A stretch of DNA of 64,000 bases from Gemmatimonadota bacterium (GCA_031363815.1 JANLVC010000122.1:913-64912); one strand, 5' to 3'; counted from the first letter of the stretch, positions 1 through 14,168 are shown. The notes: generated from the letters alone by a model not told the origin. A program made the numbers and translations.

Positions 1-2745
<2,745 letters not shown>

Positions 2746-2925
2746 GACCATCCTCAAACGGGCCAAGCCCGTGCAAGCGTCGTGAAAATCGTTGGGGCCA
2801 CTGCGGCGCGTTTCGCCTGTGGCGCCGTAAATTTAACCACCGTGAGCATTTCCCGAATCGTCCCCCCCATCGCCGCCACGAGGCCGCTGTCCGGACCGAC
2901 CGCGCGCGGCGCGACGTCGGCCGTG

Positions 2926-3717
2926 ATGCCCCGGCAGTGGACGTTCCTGCGCTCACCCGCCTCAAACGGTGTCGCGCACATGGCCATCGACTCGGCGTTG
3001 TTGGATCTGGCCGGCGAAACACAGTGTGCCGTGTGGCGATGCTACGCGTGGGAAACGCCGACCATTTCGTTTGGTCGGAACGAACGAACGAAGGGTCGCT
3101 TCTCGGCGTCCCGCCTGCGTGACGCGGGGCTGTGCGCCGTGCGTCGTCCAACAGGCGGGAGGGCACTGCTGCACGCCCGCGAGGTCACGTACAGCGTGGC
3201 GATGCCGCTCGACAAGCAGCTATCCTGGCGGGTGCCCTACGCCGCCGTGAACGACGTGTTGCTCCGCGCCCTGCAGTCGCTGGGCGTGCCGGCGCTGCTG
3301 GCGACGGACGCCGAGGCGCCGGCCATCGCGCCCGATGGGCCGGTCTGCTTCGATCGACCGGCCGCTGGAGAGATCATGGTAGGCGGTCGGAAGCTGGTAG
3401 GCAGCGCAGTCTGGCGGCAGGGCGGCGCCTACCTCCAACAGGGCAGCATTCTGCTGGCCGACGATCAGGCGCTACTGTCCGACGCCGCCGACGTGCCGTT
3501 GCCACTCCCGCCGCCCGCGGCCTCGCTGGAGGCCTGTGCGCCGTCGCAGGCCGATTGGGCAGTTGTTGTCGACGCCCTCGCCGCATCGCTTGCGACCGTC
3601 GCCGAGCCGAATCGAGAGGGCAGAATCGACCCCTTCGTCCCCTCGCGTGACTTTGTGAAGCGGGTCGCGTCGCATCACGCCATCCTCGGCAATGATAACT
3701 GGCTCTGGCGCCGATAG
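2926..3717 (+). CDS. lipoate-protein ligase family protein, BPL/LPL catalytic domain only (about 263 aa)
   Basis: This is the C-terminal part of track ORF 529..3717. The N-terminus NGVAHMAIDSALLDLA and the stretch ISFGRNER...VRRPTGGRALLHAREVTYSV...GGRKLVGSAVWRQGGAYLQQGSILL resemble the LplA/LipM catalytic core, including the G-R-K-x-x-G-S-A lysine motif. The start was chosen at ATG 2926; ATG 2980 is also possible. Confidence 0.8.
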   Translation: MPRQWTFLRSPASNGVAHMAIDSALLDLAGETQCAVWRCYAWETPTISFGRNERTKGRFSASRLRDAGLCAVRRPTGGRALLHAREVTYSVAMPLDKQLSWRVPYAAVNDVLLRALQSLGVPALLATDAEAPAIAPDGPVCFDRPAAGEIMVGGRKLVGSAVWRQGGAYLQQGSILLADDQALLSDAADVPLPLPPPAASLEACAPSQADWAVVVDALAASLATVAEPNREGRIDPFVPSRDFVKRVASHHAILGNDNWLWRR

Positions 3718-3793
3718 GGAGCGTCGGGCATCGTACCCTCGTGTGATCGCCTCGCTGATCCACCGATCTGTCTTTCTCGGAACACCGCCTCAC

Positions 3794-5461
3794 ATGCGTC
3801 TCTCGCGAACCCGTTGGCTGGTTGGTCTCTGTGCATGCACGCTCACGGCCTGCGGCGGCGGCGAGCGGACGGGGAGCGCTGGTGATACCGGCGGCACCCT
3901 GATCGTGACCGTACCCGCCGAACCGTCGACATTGTTCCCGCCCTTTCTCTCCGGGACGCAAGGCGCGGCGATCGTGGGCGTGATTTTTGATCGACTCGCC
4001 GAGATCGGCGATGATCTCGAGACCTATGGTGACCGCGGCTTTGAACCGCGGCTGGCCACATCCTGGGCGTGGTCCACCGATTCGCTCTCGATCGCCTTCT
4101 CGCTCGATTCGCTGGCCCGCTGGCACGACGGACAGCCGGTCTCGGCCGAGGACGTGCGGTACACGTTCCGCGTGTACACCAGCGATTCGTTGGTGGTCGA
4201 ACTGCAGGCGCTGCTTGGCAACATCGATTCGGTGTCGGTTCGCGACCCGCGCACCGCCGTCTTCTGGTTCAAGCGGCGCATGCCACGACAGTTCTACGAC
4301 GCCACGTATCACATGTATGTGCTGCCGTCGCATCTGCTCGACACGATCGCCATGTCCAAACTCGAGAGCGCGCCGTTCGGTCGCCATCCGGTCGGCACCG
4401 GTCGCTTCCGTTTCGCGCGCTGGGAGCCCGGTCAACGCATCGAGATCATCGCCGACACGACGAACTCGCGTGGGCGAGCGAAGCTGGATCGCGTGATCTG
4501 GAGCATCGCGCCCGACTTTGGATCATCGACGGTCAAACTTTTTGCCGGTGAGGCGGATTTCCTCGAGCAGCTGCGTCCCGAGAATCTGGCGCAGGTCGCG
4601 CGCACGCCGTCGTTGCGCCTGATCGACAACCGCGCGCTGAGCTACGGCTTCCTTGGCTTCAATCTCCGCGACAGCAAGAACCAATCGCGCCCCAACGCGA
4701 TGTTCGGCGACCGTCGTGTACGACGCGCCCTGCACATGGCCGTCGACCGCGAACGACTCGTGCGCAACGTGTTCGATTCGTTGGGCATGGTCGCGCTGGC
4801 GCCTGCTCCGCGCGCGCTGATCCCCGATACCGCCGCCTTCACACAGCTTCCGTACGACGTCGCGACCGCGAAAGCGCTGCTCGATTCAGCGGGGTGGCGT
4901 GACAGCGACCACGACGGCGTGCGCGATCGCAACGGCGTGCCGCTCGCATTCGACATCCTCATTCCCAGCAGCAGCACGTCCCGGCAGCGCTATGCGGTGC
5001 TGCTGCAAGAGCAGTATCGGGCAATCGGCGTGAAGGCAACGCCGCAGGTGCTCGAGAACAATGCGTGGAGCGAAGCGGTCGACCGTCACGCGTTCGATGC
5101 CTATCTCGGTGCGTGGCAGCCAAGCCCTGGGCTGGTGGGCCTGATGCAAACCTGGGCCTCGCGCGGGAGCTCGAACGCGGGCCGTTACGATAGTCCCGCG
5201 TTTGATGCGTTACTGGACAGTGCGCTCACGACGTTCGATCCAACCACAAGCCGCCGCTACTGGGCCCGGGCATTTCAGCAGATCGACGACGACGTGCCGG
5301 CCGTCTGGTTGTACGAGCAGCGCTCACCGGTGGCGATCCACCGCCGATTCATCACCACGTCGCTGCGGGCCGATGGCTGGTTCGTTGGACTCGCCGACTG
5401 GCGCGTCGATCCTGCGCAGCGCATCGATCGCGATCGCATTGGGCTGGGGGCGCGTCCCTGA
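3794..5461 (+). CDS. ABC transporter substrate-binding lipoprotein, family 5 (peptide/nickel, DppA/OppA-like)
   Basis: Lipoprotein signal MRLSRTRWLVGLCACTLTACGG. The size and sequence pattern fit SBP family 5 (for example GTGRFRFARWEPGQRIEIIADT). It is the first gene of the permease/ATPase operon. Confidence 0.85.
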   Translation: MRLSRTRWLVGLCACTLTACGGGERTGSAGDTGGTLIVTVPAEPSTLFPPFLSGTQGAAIVGVIFDRLAEIGDDLETYGDRGFEPRLATSWAWSTDSLSIAFSLDSLARWHDGQPVSAEDVRYTFRVYTSDSLVVELQALLGNIDSVSVRDPRTAVFWFKRRMPRQFYDATYHMYVLPSHLLDTIAMSKLESAPFGRHPVGTGRFRFARWEPGQRIEIIADTTNSRGRAKLDRVIWSIAPDFGSSTVKLFAGEADFLEQLRPENLAQVARTPSLRLIDNRALSYGFLGFNLRDSKNQSRPNAMFGDRRVRRALHMAVDRERLVRNVFDSLGMVALAPAPRALIPDTAAFTQLPYDVATAKALLDSAGWRDSDHDGVRDRNGVPLAFDILIPSSSTSRQRYAVLLQEQYRAIGVKATPQVLENNAWSEAVDRHAFDAYLGAWQPSPGLVGLMQTWASRGSSNAGRYDSPAFDALLDSALTTFDPTTSRRYWARAFQQIDDDVPAVWLYEQRSPVAIHRRFITTSLRADGWFVGLADWRVDPAQRIDRDRIGLGARP

Positions 5462-5466
5462 TCACC

Positions 5467-6426
5467 ATGACCCGTCGCGTGTTCATGCGCGTCGCGCAGA
5501 GCGTGGCGGTCGTGTTCTCGGCGGCCACCCTCGCGTTCGTGCTGCTGCAACTCGCGCCGGGCGATCCGGCCACCGCCCTCGGGGAAGGCCTCACGCCGGA
5601 ACTGCGGGCGACGATCCGGGCGCAGTACGGGCTCGATGACTCGCTGGCCACGCAATACGGCCGGTGGCTCTGGTCGCTCGTGCGCGGCGATCTGGGCTGG
5701 TCGCGCGACCAGCATCGTCCCGTGGCCGACGTGCTGTCCGACGCGCTGCCGCGGTCACTGTTGCTCATGGGATGCGCGCTGAGCGTGAGTCTGGTGGGCG
5801 GCATGCTGATCGGTGCGTGGCAAGGCGCGAGGGCGGGGTCGCGCCGCGACCGGACCACGTCGACCGCCCTGCTGGTACTGTATTCCCTCCCGGAGTTTTG
5901 GCTGGCGCTGGTGCTGCTGGTGGTCTTCGCGCACGAACTCCGTTGGCTCCCCGCCACCGGGATCACCGGCGAGATGTACGGCTACATGAATGCCCGCGAG
6001 CAACTCGTGGACCGCCTGCGCCATCTGGTGTTGCCGCTGACGTCGCTCTCGCTGGTCGGTGTGTCGGTCTTTGCGCGCTATCAACGCAACGCGATGCAGG
6101 AAAGCATGGCGCAGGCCTTCGTGCGCACCGCTCGCGCGAAGGGACTCACCGAATCGGCCGTGCGTCGCCACGCATGGCGAAACGCGCTGCTGCCCGTCAT
6201 CACGGTGACCGGCTTGCTGCTTCCCGCCTTGATCACCGGAGCGGTATTCGTGGAGCGCGTATTCGCGTGGCCCGGCATGGGCTACGCGATGATCCGCGCG
6301 ATCGAAGCCCGCGATTATCCGGTGGTCTCCGCGGGCGTGATTGTCGGCAGCGCCGTCACGGCATTCGGCGCTGCGCTGGCGGACATCGCGCGCGAGAGCG
6401 CGGACCCACGGCTTCGCAGCCCGTGA
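5467..6426 (+). CDS. ABC peptide transporter permease (DppB/OppB-like)
   Basis: 319-aa polytopic protein. It has the ARAKGL...RHAWRNALLPVIT EAA-loop-type motif typical of binding-protein-dependent permeases. Confidence 0.88.
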   Translation: MTRRVFMRVAQSVAVVFSAATLAFVLLQLAPGDPATALGEGLTPELRATIRAQYGLDDSLATQYGRWLWSLVRGDLGWSRDQHRPVADVLSDALPRSLLLMGCALSVSLVGGMLIGAWQGARAGSRRDRTTSTALLVLYSLPEFWLALVLLVVFAHELRWLPATGITGEMYGYMNAREQLVDRLRHLVLPLTSLSLVGVSVFARYQRNAMQESMAQAFVRTARAKGLTESAVRRHAWRNALLPVITVTGLLLPALITGAVFVERVFAWPGMGYAMIRAIEARDYPVVSAGVIVGSAVTAFGAALADIARESADPRLRSP

Positions 6427-7309
6427 GTCGCCGCCTCTCACCGGCCTTCGTGCTCATGGCACTCCTCGTGTCGGTCGTCGTGGCGGGACCGCTGTTGTCG
6501 CCGTACGCGCCGAATGCGCAACTCGATATCATCGCCCTCCGCAGCCAGGCGCCGTCGCTGGCGCATCCCTTCGGCACCGATGCCGTGAGCCGCGATGTGT
6601 TCAGCCGTGTGCTCGATGGCGGCCGTGTGTCGCTCTCGCTTGCCATGCTCTCGGTCGCCGTGTCGCTCGTCGTCGGCACCCTGTACGGCGCGATCTCGAC
6701 GCTGGTCGGTGGCATCGTCGATACCACCATGCGACGATTGCTGGATGTCGCCCTGTCGATTCCGCGTCTGCTCGTGCTGCTGGCGGTGGGCGCGCTCTGG
6801 GGCGCCCTGTCATTTCCGGCGTTGGTCCTCTTGATCGGCTTCACGGGATGGTTCGACACTGCGCGCCTCGTCACCGACGAACTGCGCGCCCTCAGCGCGC
6901 GGGAGTTCACGCTGGCCGCGCGGGCGATGGGTGTTCGTGGCCCCCGGCTTCTCTGGCGCCATCTGCTGCCGCATCTGCTGCCTACGCTCGTGATCAACGC
7001 CAGCTTTGGGGTTGCCGGAACGATCGCGCTGGAGGCAGGGCTCAGCTATCTCGGCCTGGGGATTCAAGCGCCGCAGGCCAGTTGGGGGACGATTCTCCGC
7101 GACGGATCGGGAGTCGTGCAGAGCGAATGGTGGCTCTCCCTCTTCCCCGGACTGGCCACCGTGTTCGCCGTGCTCGCCTGCAATGCCCTCGGCGACGCCT
7201 TGCGCGAGCGGTTCGCACCGAATCACGTTCCGACTCTCGACACGGCACGTTCCGCCCAGGCGGGTATCGCGTCGTCGACCGTCCCCTTCCTTTCCCGCAC
7301 CGTGCGCCC

Positions 7310-7313
<4 letters not shown>
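6423..7313 (+). CDS. ABC peptide transporter permease (DppC/OppC-like)
   Basis: GTG at 6423 overlaps the upstream stop (GTGA). VSRRLSPAFVLMALLVSVVVAGPLLSPYAPNAQ... is a typical DppC N-terminus, and the protein has multiple TM segments. The upstream part of track ORF 5664..7313 is an out-of-frame read-through of the previous gene. Confidence 0.85.
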
Positions 7314-8352
<1,039 letters not shown>

Positions 8353-8356
<4 letters not shown>

Positions 8357-9378
8357 GCAGGTCAACAACAGGGGCGCCCGCAGTACCGCTGCTCGAGGTG
8401 CGCAACCTCACGAAGCACTTCCCCATTCGTACGGGCCTGTTGCAGCGCGCGACCGGTGCGGTGAAGGCCGTGGATGGCGTGTCGTTCGACGTACACGCGG
8501 GGGAAACACTGGCGCTGGTGGGCGAGTCGGGGTGCGGCAAAACGACGACCGGTCGCTCGATCCTGCGTCTCATCGAACCGACCTCCGGTACGGTACGCTT
8601 TGATGGGACCGACGTGCTGGCGTTGCGCGGGGAAACGCTGCGACGCATGCGGCGGCGCATGCAGATCATCTTTCAGGATCCGTACGGTTCGCTCAATCCG
8701 CGGATGACCGTCGGTGCCGCGATCAAAGAAGGCTTGATCGTGCACGGTCTCGCCGAAGGCCGTGACGCCGACCGTCGCGTCTCCACGCTGCTGGACGAAG
8801 TCGGGCTGCGCCCCGAGTACGCGTCGCGCTATCCCCACGAATTCTCCGGCGGCCAACGCCAGCGCATCGGCATCGCGCGCGCGCTGGCCGTCGAGCCATC
8901 GTTCATCGTATGCGACGAACCGGTGTCGGCGCTCGACGTGAGTGTGCAGGCGCAGGTCGTCAACCTGCTGCGTGATCTGCAGCGCGAGCGGGGTCTTTCC
9001 TATCTGTTCATTGCACACGATCTCGCGGTCGTTGCGCATATGGCCGACCGCGTCGCCGTGATGTATCTCGGCCGCATCGTCGAGCTCGCGCCGCGCCGTA
9101 CGATTTTCAGCACACCGCTTATGCCGTACACCCAGGCGCTGCTGTCGGCCGTGCCGGTGCCAGACCCCACGGCCAAGCGCCAACGCATTCTCCTGCTGGG
9201 TGATCCGCCATCACCGGCAAACCCGCCCAGCGGCTGCGTGTTTCATCCGCGGTGTCCGAATCCGCTCAAGGATGCGGAGTGCGCGCGCGTAGTCCCGCCG
9301 CTCGAAGAGAAGTCTCCCGGACACTTCGTGGCCTGCATCAAGCAGCCGCTTCTCCACCTTCCATCCCACGCGTCGTGA
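8353..9378 (+). CDS. ABC transporter ATP-binding protein (DppF/OppF-like)
   Basis: ATG at 8353 overlaps the upstream stop (ATGA). Walker [10 protein letters not shown], signature FSGGQRQR, Walker [13 protein letters not shown], and C-terminal MPYTQALL...[11 protein letters not shown]. Confidence 0.9.
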
Positions 9379-10934
9379 CACCTCCCTCGCTCCGTACGGA
9401 CTCGTCCGCACCGAACCCCGCCAACGACCGCGCGTTCTTCGGCCATCCGCGCGGACTCGGTCTGCTCTTCATGACCGAGATGTGGGAACGCTTCTCGTTC
9501 TACGGACTGCGCCCGCTGTTGGTGCTGTTCATGGCGGCCGCGCTCGCCGATGGCGGCTTCGGTTTCGATCGTCCCGCCGCATCGGCCATCGTGGGCATCT
9601 ACGCCGCGTCGGTGTATCTCGCGTCGCTGCCCGGTGGCTGGATCGCCGATCGGTGGCTCGGATTACGTCGCGCGATCCTGATCGGCGCCATCCTGATTAC
9701 CTCCGGCCACTTGGCCATTGGCATCTCAGGCATGGCGGGCGCGGGGGTGGGCAAGGTCTTCTTCTTCCTCGGTCTCGTGCTGATCGTGCTCGGCACCGGC
9801 CTGCTCAAGCCGAACATCTCGGCCATCGTTGGCGATCTCTACCCCGAGGGCGGCGCGCGACGTGATGCCGGCTTCTCGATTTTTTACATGGGCATCAACA
9901 CCGGCGCCTTCATCGGGCAGCTGGTCACCGGATATCTGGGTGAACGGGTGAGCTGGCACTGGGGCTTCGGTGCCGCCGGCGTGGGCATGCTGTGCGGCCT
10001 CCTCATGTTCTGGCTCAAGGCGAAGGACATGCTCGGCACGCTGGGGCAGGACATCGTGCGCGATCCCAATCCCGTCGTGCAAGCAAAGCGTGAGAGCGCG
10101 GTTCGCAATTACACCCTCGGGGGTCTCGCCGTCATCGCGTTGGTGTTCGTGTTGGCCAGCACCGGTACGATCACGCTCGATCCGCAGGCGATCGGCGGTG
10201 CGATGACGTTCGTGCTGGTCGGTATCGCCGTCGCCTTTTTCGGTTTTCTGTTCGCGTTCGGTGGGCTCACCCGCGACGAGAAGTTGCGCTCCGGCGTGAT
10301 CTTCGTGCTCTTCGTGTTTGCCGCGATCTTCTGGGCGGCGTTCGAGCAGGCACCGACGTCGTTGCAGCTGTTCGCCAACGACTTCACCAACCGGAACCTC
10401 TTTGGCTTCGAGGTGCCCGCCACGTGGTTTCAGTCGGTGAATTCGGCGTTCATCATTCTCCTCTCGCCAGTCTTCGCCGCACTCTGGATCATGCTCGCGA
10501 AGCGCAAGGTCGACCTCTCGAGCCCTGCGAAGTTTACGCTCGGACTCGTGCTGGCCGGTGTCGGATTTCTGGCCATGGTGTTCGCCGCGAACCGCGTGGT
10601 CGCCAGCGGCGGCTCAGTCCTCGTGTCACCGTGGTGGCTCATCATGAGCTACATGTTCCAGACGATGGGCGAGCTGTTCATCAGCCCGGTCGGCCTCGCG
10701 TCGATGACAACGCTGGCGCCGCGGCGCTACGTGGGACAGATGATGGGCATCTGGTTCCTGGCCACCTCCGTCGGCAACCTGGTGGCCGGCCTCGTTGGCG
10801 GACACGTGGATCCCACGAAACTCGAACAGACGCCGCTCGTGTTCAGCGGTACCGCGATCGCGCTCTTCGGAGCCGCGGTGATTCTCGCCCTCATGATCGT
10901 ACCGATCCGTCGGATGATGGCCACCGCGAAGTAG
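9375..10934 (+). CDS. proton-dependent oligopeptide transporter (POT/PTR2 family, DtpT-like)
   Basis: [29 protein letters not shown] is the PTR2 signature region, followed by roughly 12-14 hydrophobic segments. The proposed GTG start at 9375 overlaps the dppF-like stop (GTGA). The start is uncertain. Confidence 0.88.
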   Translation: MTPPSLRTDSSAPNPANDRAFFGHPRGLGLLFMTEMWERFSFYGLRPLLVLFMAAALADGGFGFDRPAASAIVGIYAASVYLASLPGGWIADRWLGLRRAILIGAILITSGHLAIGISGMAGAGVGKVFFFLGLVLIVLGTGLLKPNISAIVGDLYPEGGARRDAGFSIFYMGINTGAFIGQLVTGYLGERVSWHWGFGAAGVGMLCGLLMFWLKAKDMLGTLGQDIVRDPNPVVQAKRESAVRNYTLGGLAVIALVFVLASTGTITLDPQAIGGAMTFVLVGIAVAFFGFLFAFGGLTRDEKLRSGVIFVLFVFAAIFWAAFEQAPTSLQLFANDFTNRNLFGFEVPATWFQSVNSAFIILLSPVFAALWIMLAKRKVDLSSPAKFTLGLVLAGVGFLAMVFAANRVVASGGSVLVSPWWLIMSYMFQTMGELFISPVGLASMTTLAPRRYVGQMMGIWFLATSVGNLVAGLVGGHVDPTKLEQTPLVFSGTAIALFGAAVILALMIVPIRRMMATAK

Positions 10935-10956
10935 CACCCGTTGAAGCAGCAGGACC

Positions 10957-12726
10957 CTACGGCCAGGTGAAGAGGCTGGATGGTGCCGTGCGTTCGCGAC
11001 CCGCCTGCACGTCCCGTGGCTCGTTCCAGAACACACGCGCTCGATCGACGCTCGAGAAGCGCACTTCGAATCGACGCTGCGGATCGGCACTGATCGGCAG
11101 CGCGAAGTCGACGCGCCACATCCGCCGGGAGCGCGGCGGCACGGCCGCGAGCACCGACACGCCCACCGCACCACGCCACGGCGTCGCGATGGAATACGGC
11201 ACCATCCGCTCTGCCCAGAGTCGACCCGCCTCGGCAAATCCGGCGAACCCGACGTCCGCCACGTTCAGTCGCGTCGGCACGACCAGTCGCTGCTCCGCAC
11301 GGAACACCAGGCGCCGCGCGCCTGCCTGCCTCGATGCGCGGTGGCCCATCACACCGCCATCGCGATCGGCCAGCGAAAGTTGGAAGGGCACACGCATGTC
11401 ACGACCGGCGCTCCACTCGGACTCGACGACCGTGGTCTGTCGCACAGCCGGCCGGAAGTACCACGCCAGACGACCGCTGGTCACGAAGTTGTCCCAGGCC
11501 TTCGTGTCGCGATCGAACCGCGCTTCAGTGATCGCCTGCAGCCCCACGAAACTGCGAGCTCCGCCATAGGCGCCGTACAGATTCGCCGCGAGGAAATGAT
11601 CGCGATCGCGCGCCTGCCGCACCACGATAGCCCGGCCCGCAACCAGTCCGAGTTGCATGCCCACACGAACGTCCTGCGCGCCGGTGAGTGCATCGAACCC
11701 TTGCACCTGCACGAATCGAATCGCGCGCACGCCAAGCAGGGCGTTCACGCGCACCACGCGTTGTGGTCGGAAAGTCGGGACCGCGGCGTTTGTCGTGTCG
11801 GCCATCACGCCCTCACGCGTGAGCAGCAACGATTGCTGGTCGGTGCGGTGCACTTCCCGTGTGAGAGACGCACCGACCAATCGCAAGCGCCCCACCGGAC
11901 CGACGCGCGCGAGGGCACCGATGTTCGCGAACTCGCGGCGAGTGGTCAGCGCGTTGCGCGGCAGATCGCCTCGACGGAACTCCATCGGCCCGCGCGTGCC
12001 GCCAAGACTTCCGATCCACGCGTAGCGCTGCAGGTCGGTGTAGTACGGCCGGACCAGCTCCAGCCGCATGTCCTGTCCGAACCGATGGCGCTGAGCCGAA
12101 AGGCGGAACTCATTGCGCCCACGTCCGAAGGCGTAGTTCGCGAGGTCGACGCCCAAGAGGTCGTTGTACGCGCGGCCATCGCGCCAGTTGATCGTTGCCA
12201 ACGTCGCCGACCCCCCAAGATTCAAGTCGCCCAACCGCATGCCGCGCACCAGCGGCGACTTCGACTGCAGCGTCGGCGAGAAGACCATGCTGAAATCGTC
12301 GCGCGTCTCGACCTCGAGCCGGACACCGCCGGCCTCGTCGTCGAACACGCGGATACGGGCATCAACGATAAACGGCTGGGCGCGCAGAATGCGTTCCGAC
12401 TCCGCGCGACGGATCTGGTTGCACGCGTCCCCGACCTTCAGGAGGAGGAATCGCCGCACCACATCGGCCCGCGTGTTCACATGCGTCCTTCGCACCGTGC
12501 GCCGCACCCACTCGAGCCGCGCGGGAAGGCGTTCCGTGAACGGCGGTTGCGTGATGACAATGAGGTCGCTGATCGGTTGCCCCGCGCATCCCGCAATGGG
12601 AAGTCGGCCGCGACTCGATACCGGCGGCTGCTTCTGCCCATTGGCCTGCACCTCCTGCCCCGACACCGTGCACCACGGCAGGCAGGCGGCCAGACACGCC
12701 CTAACGAACGCCCGCCGATGGCTCAC
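10957..12726 (-). CDS. Omp85-family outer-membrane protein with one POTRA domain (surface antigen D15-like)
   Basis: Signal-like N-terminus. A POTRA-like block follows (ISDLIVITQPPFTERLP...VVRRFLLLKVGDACNQIRRAESERILRAQPFIVDARIRVFDD...VRLEVETRD), then about 430 aa with alternating beta-strand character. The GTG start overlaps the upstream stop. Confidence 0.7.
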   Translation of the reverse strand: MSHRRAFVRACLAACLPWCTVSGQEVQANGQKQPPVSSRGRLPIAGCAGQPISDLIVITQPPFTERLPARLEWVRRTVRRTHVNTRADVVRRFLLLKVGDACNQIRRAESERILRAQPFIVDARIRVFDDEAGGVRLEVETRDDFSMVFSPTLQSKSPLVRGMRLGDLNLGGSATLATINWRDGRAYNDLLGVDLANYAFGRGRNEFRLSAQRHRFGQDMRLELVRPYYTDLQRYAWIGSLGGTRGPMEFRRGDLPRNALTTRREFANIGALARVGPVGRLRLVGASLTREVHRTDQQSLLLTREGVMADTTNAAVPTFRPQRVVRVNALLGVRAIRFVQVQGFDALTGAQDVRVGMQLGLVAGRAIVVRQARDRDHFLAANLYGAYGGARSFVGLQAITEARFDRDTKAWDNFVTSGRLAWYFRPAVRQTTVVESEWSAGRDMRVPFQLSLADRDGGVMGHRASRQAGARRLVFRAEQRLVVPTRLNVADVGFAGFAEAGRLWAERMVPYSIATPWRGAVGVSVLAAVPPRSRRMWRVDFALPISADPQRRFEVRFSSVDRARVFWNEPRDVQAGRERTAPSSLFTWP

Positions 12727-13382
12727 TTGCCCATTCGGCGCTTCAAGGCCGCCAGTCGCTGTTCCGCTTCCGCGTCGCGTTCCGCGCGAGTGCGGCGCCG
12801 GGGGTACACCAAGGGGTCTGCCAACGGGTCATCCATCACGCCATCCACGCCCGCGGCAGTTTTCTCCTCGAGATCGAGGTCAGCGGGCAGACCGTCCAAC
12901 CGCACCGATTCCGCCGCCGCGGCAGCACCAAACGCGGTGCCCGGCTCGCTGGCCGGCGCCCCCTTGGCCCCCGGCTTCTTCGATCGTACGCCCGGCGCCA
13001 CGCCCGACTTGATCAGGCGCAATTCCACCGACATCTCCTCGTAGTCGCGCTCGGCGAGCGACAGCTCCTGCTGCTGCACCATCTGCTTGGTCTCGAGCAT
13101 CACGACGCGTTCCTGATGCTGCGAGGCAAAACGCTCAGCGATCGCGACCGTCTCCTCGTCGTTGATCTGCGCCGCCAAGCCCTGCCGCCGACGCACCGTT
13201 TCCAGTTCGGCGCGCTCGGCGGCCAAGCGCGTGTTGGTGGTCGCGAGCAACGCGCGCAGGTCATTGAGCCCCAGCTTGGCGTGCACAAGCGCATCACGCA
13301 TGGCCTGCGCCATCGTACGGCGTTCATCTGGATCGAGGCGCGTGGACAATCCGCGCAGGGCATCGCGAAGCGGTTCGAACAT
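12723..13382 (-). CDS. coiled-coil protein, distant PspA/IM30-like
   Basis: 219 aa. The first roughly 135 residues are a predicted long helix/coiled coil (LRDALVHAKLGLNDLRALLATTNTRLAAERAELETVRRRQ...QHQERVVMLETKQMVQQQELSLAERDYEEMSVELRLIK). The tail is low-complexity Ala/Gly/Pro. The assignment rests on overall layout only. Confidence 0.4.
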   Translation of the reverse strand: MFEPLRDALRGLSTRLDPDERRTMAQAMRDALVHAKLGLNDLRALLATTNTRLAAERAELETVRRRQGLAAQINDEETVAIAERFASQHQERVVMLETKQMVQQQELSLAERDYEEMSVELRLIKSGVAPGVRSKKPGAKGAPASEPGTAFGAAAAAESVRLDGLPADLDLEEKTAAGVDGVMDDPLADPLVYPRRRTRAERDAEAEQRLAALKRRMGK

Positions 13383-13436
13383 GGGCGGGAAGGAGATCGG
13401 AAAAGTACCCGTCGTGCACCCGAAGGATAGTCGCGA

Positions 13437-14168
13437 CTAGTGGGAAGCCCGCCACCTCGTGTCGTCGCACACTTGGCGCATCAGACGTTCGGGCGTGTGA
13501 ACGTTGGGAAACAGCAGGCGGTCGCTCACCCGATTCAGCGCCACCCGCAACCGCGGAAAACGCTCCGACGCCGCGGCGAACAGTGGGGCCAGTCCGTGCT
13601 CATCCGCCAGCCGGTGATCGGCGGCGAGACGGAAACCCCGTTGTCCCATCGCCTCGAAATACCCAAGATCGGGACCACCTCGACGCCACCGCCGCTGTTC
13701 AATGTGATCCGGGAAAAGTCCGCTGAGCCACAAGGCGTAATTGCCCAGGTGCGCTCTGGCCAGAAAGCTCCTCGAGGCGTCGCCGCCCTCCAGATCGGCG
13801 ACGAGCGAGGCGAGTGTGTCGTAGGTCGCGTCGTCGTGATCGGCAATCTGCCGCGCCCGCTGCCGCAGCCCGAAGTGAAGCAGGATCGAGGCCACGTAGT
13901 CGGCGATCGAGCGATTGTCCTCGCCAGCCGTCCGCAGGGCGTGCCGAACGACCACGTAGATGAAGAGTGGCCACGAGGCATGCGCCCCCTGTCGCGCGTT
14001 GAGCAGCCCCTCGAGCAGGCGCGGATCGTCGAGCAGCGAATCGAGCCCTTGATCGGCCAGTTTGGCCTCGGCGTCGTCCTGCGCACGTCCCGATTGGCGG
14101 GCAACGAGCCGAACCACCAGTTGAGCGTCTTTGCGCCCGAGCCGAGCGCGTGTGTTCGCGAGAATCAT
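13437..14168 (-). CDS. hypothetical protein (about 243 aa, soluble, helical)
   Basis: Long ORF with genome-typical codon bias. The start was chosen at MILANTRARLG (ATG ending at 14168). I recognise no motif. It lies head-to-head with the GT2 gene. Confidence 0.5.
   Translation of the reverse strand: MILANTRARLGRKDAQLVVRLVARQSGRAQDDAEAKLADQGLDSLLDDPRLLEGLLNARQGAHASWPLFIYVVVRHALRTAGEDNRSIADYVASILLHFGLRQRARQIADHDDATYDTLASLVADLEGGDASRSFLARAHLGNYALWLSGLFPDHIEQRRWRRGGPDLGYFEAMGQRGFRLAADHRLADEHGLAPLFAAASERFPRLRVALNRVSDRLLFPNVHTPERLMRQVCDDTRWRASH

Noticed and set aside
2746-2925. Glycine riboswitch upstream of gcvP
   Set aside because: I could not find the conserved glycine-aptamer core (GGAGAG...CACCG...GGGCAA-type elements) on the minus strand of this 180-nt spacer. 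Only an Infernal scan could settle it.
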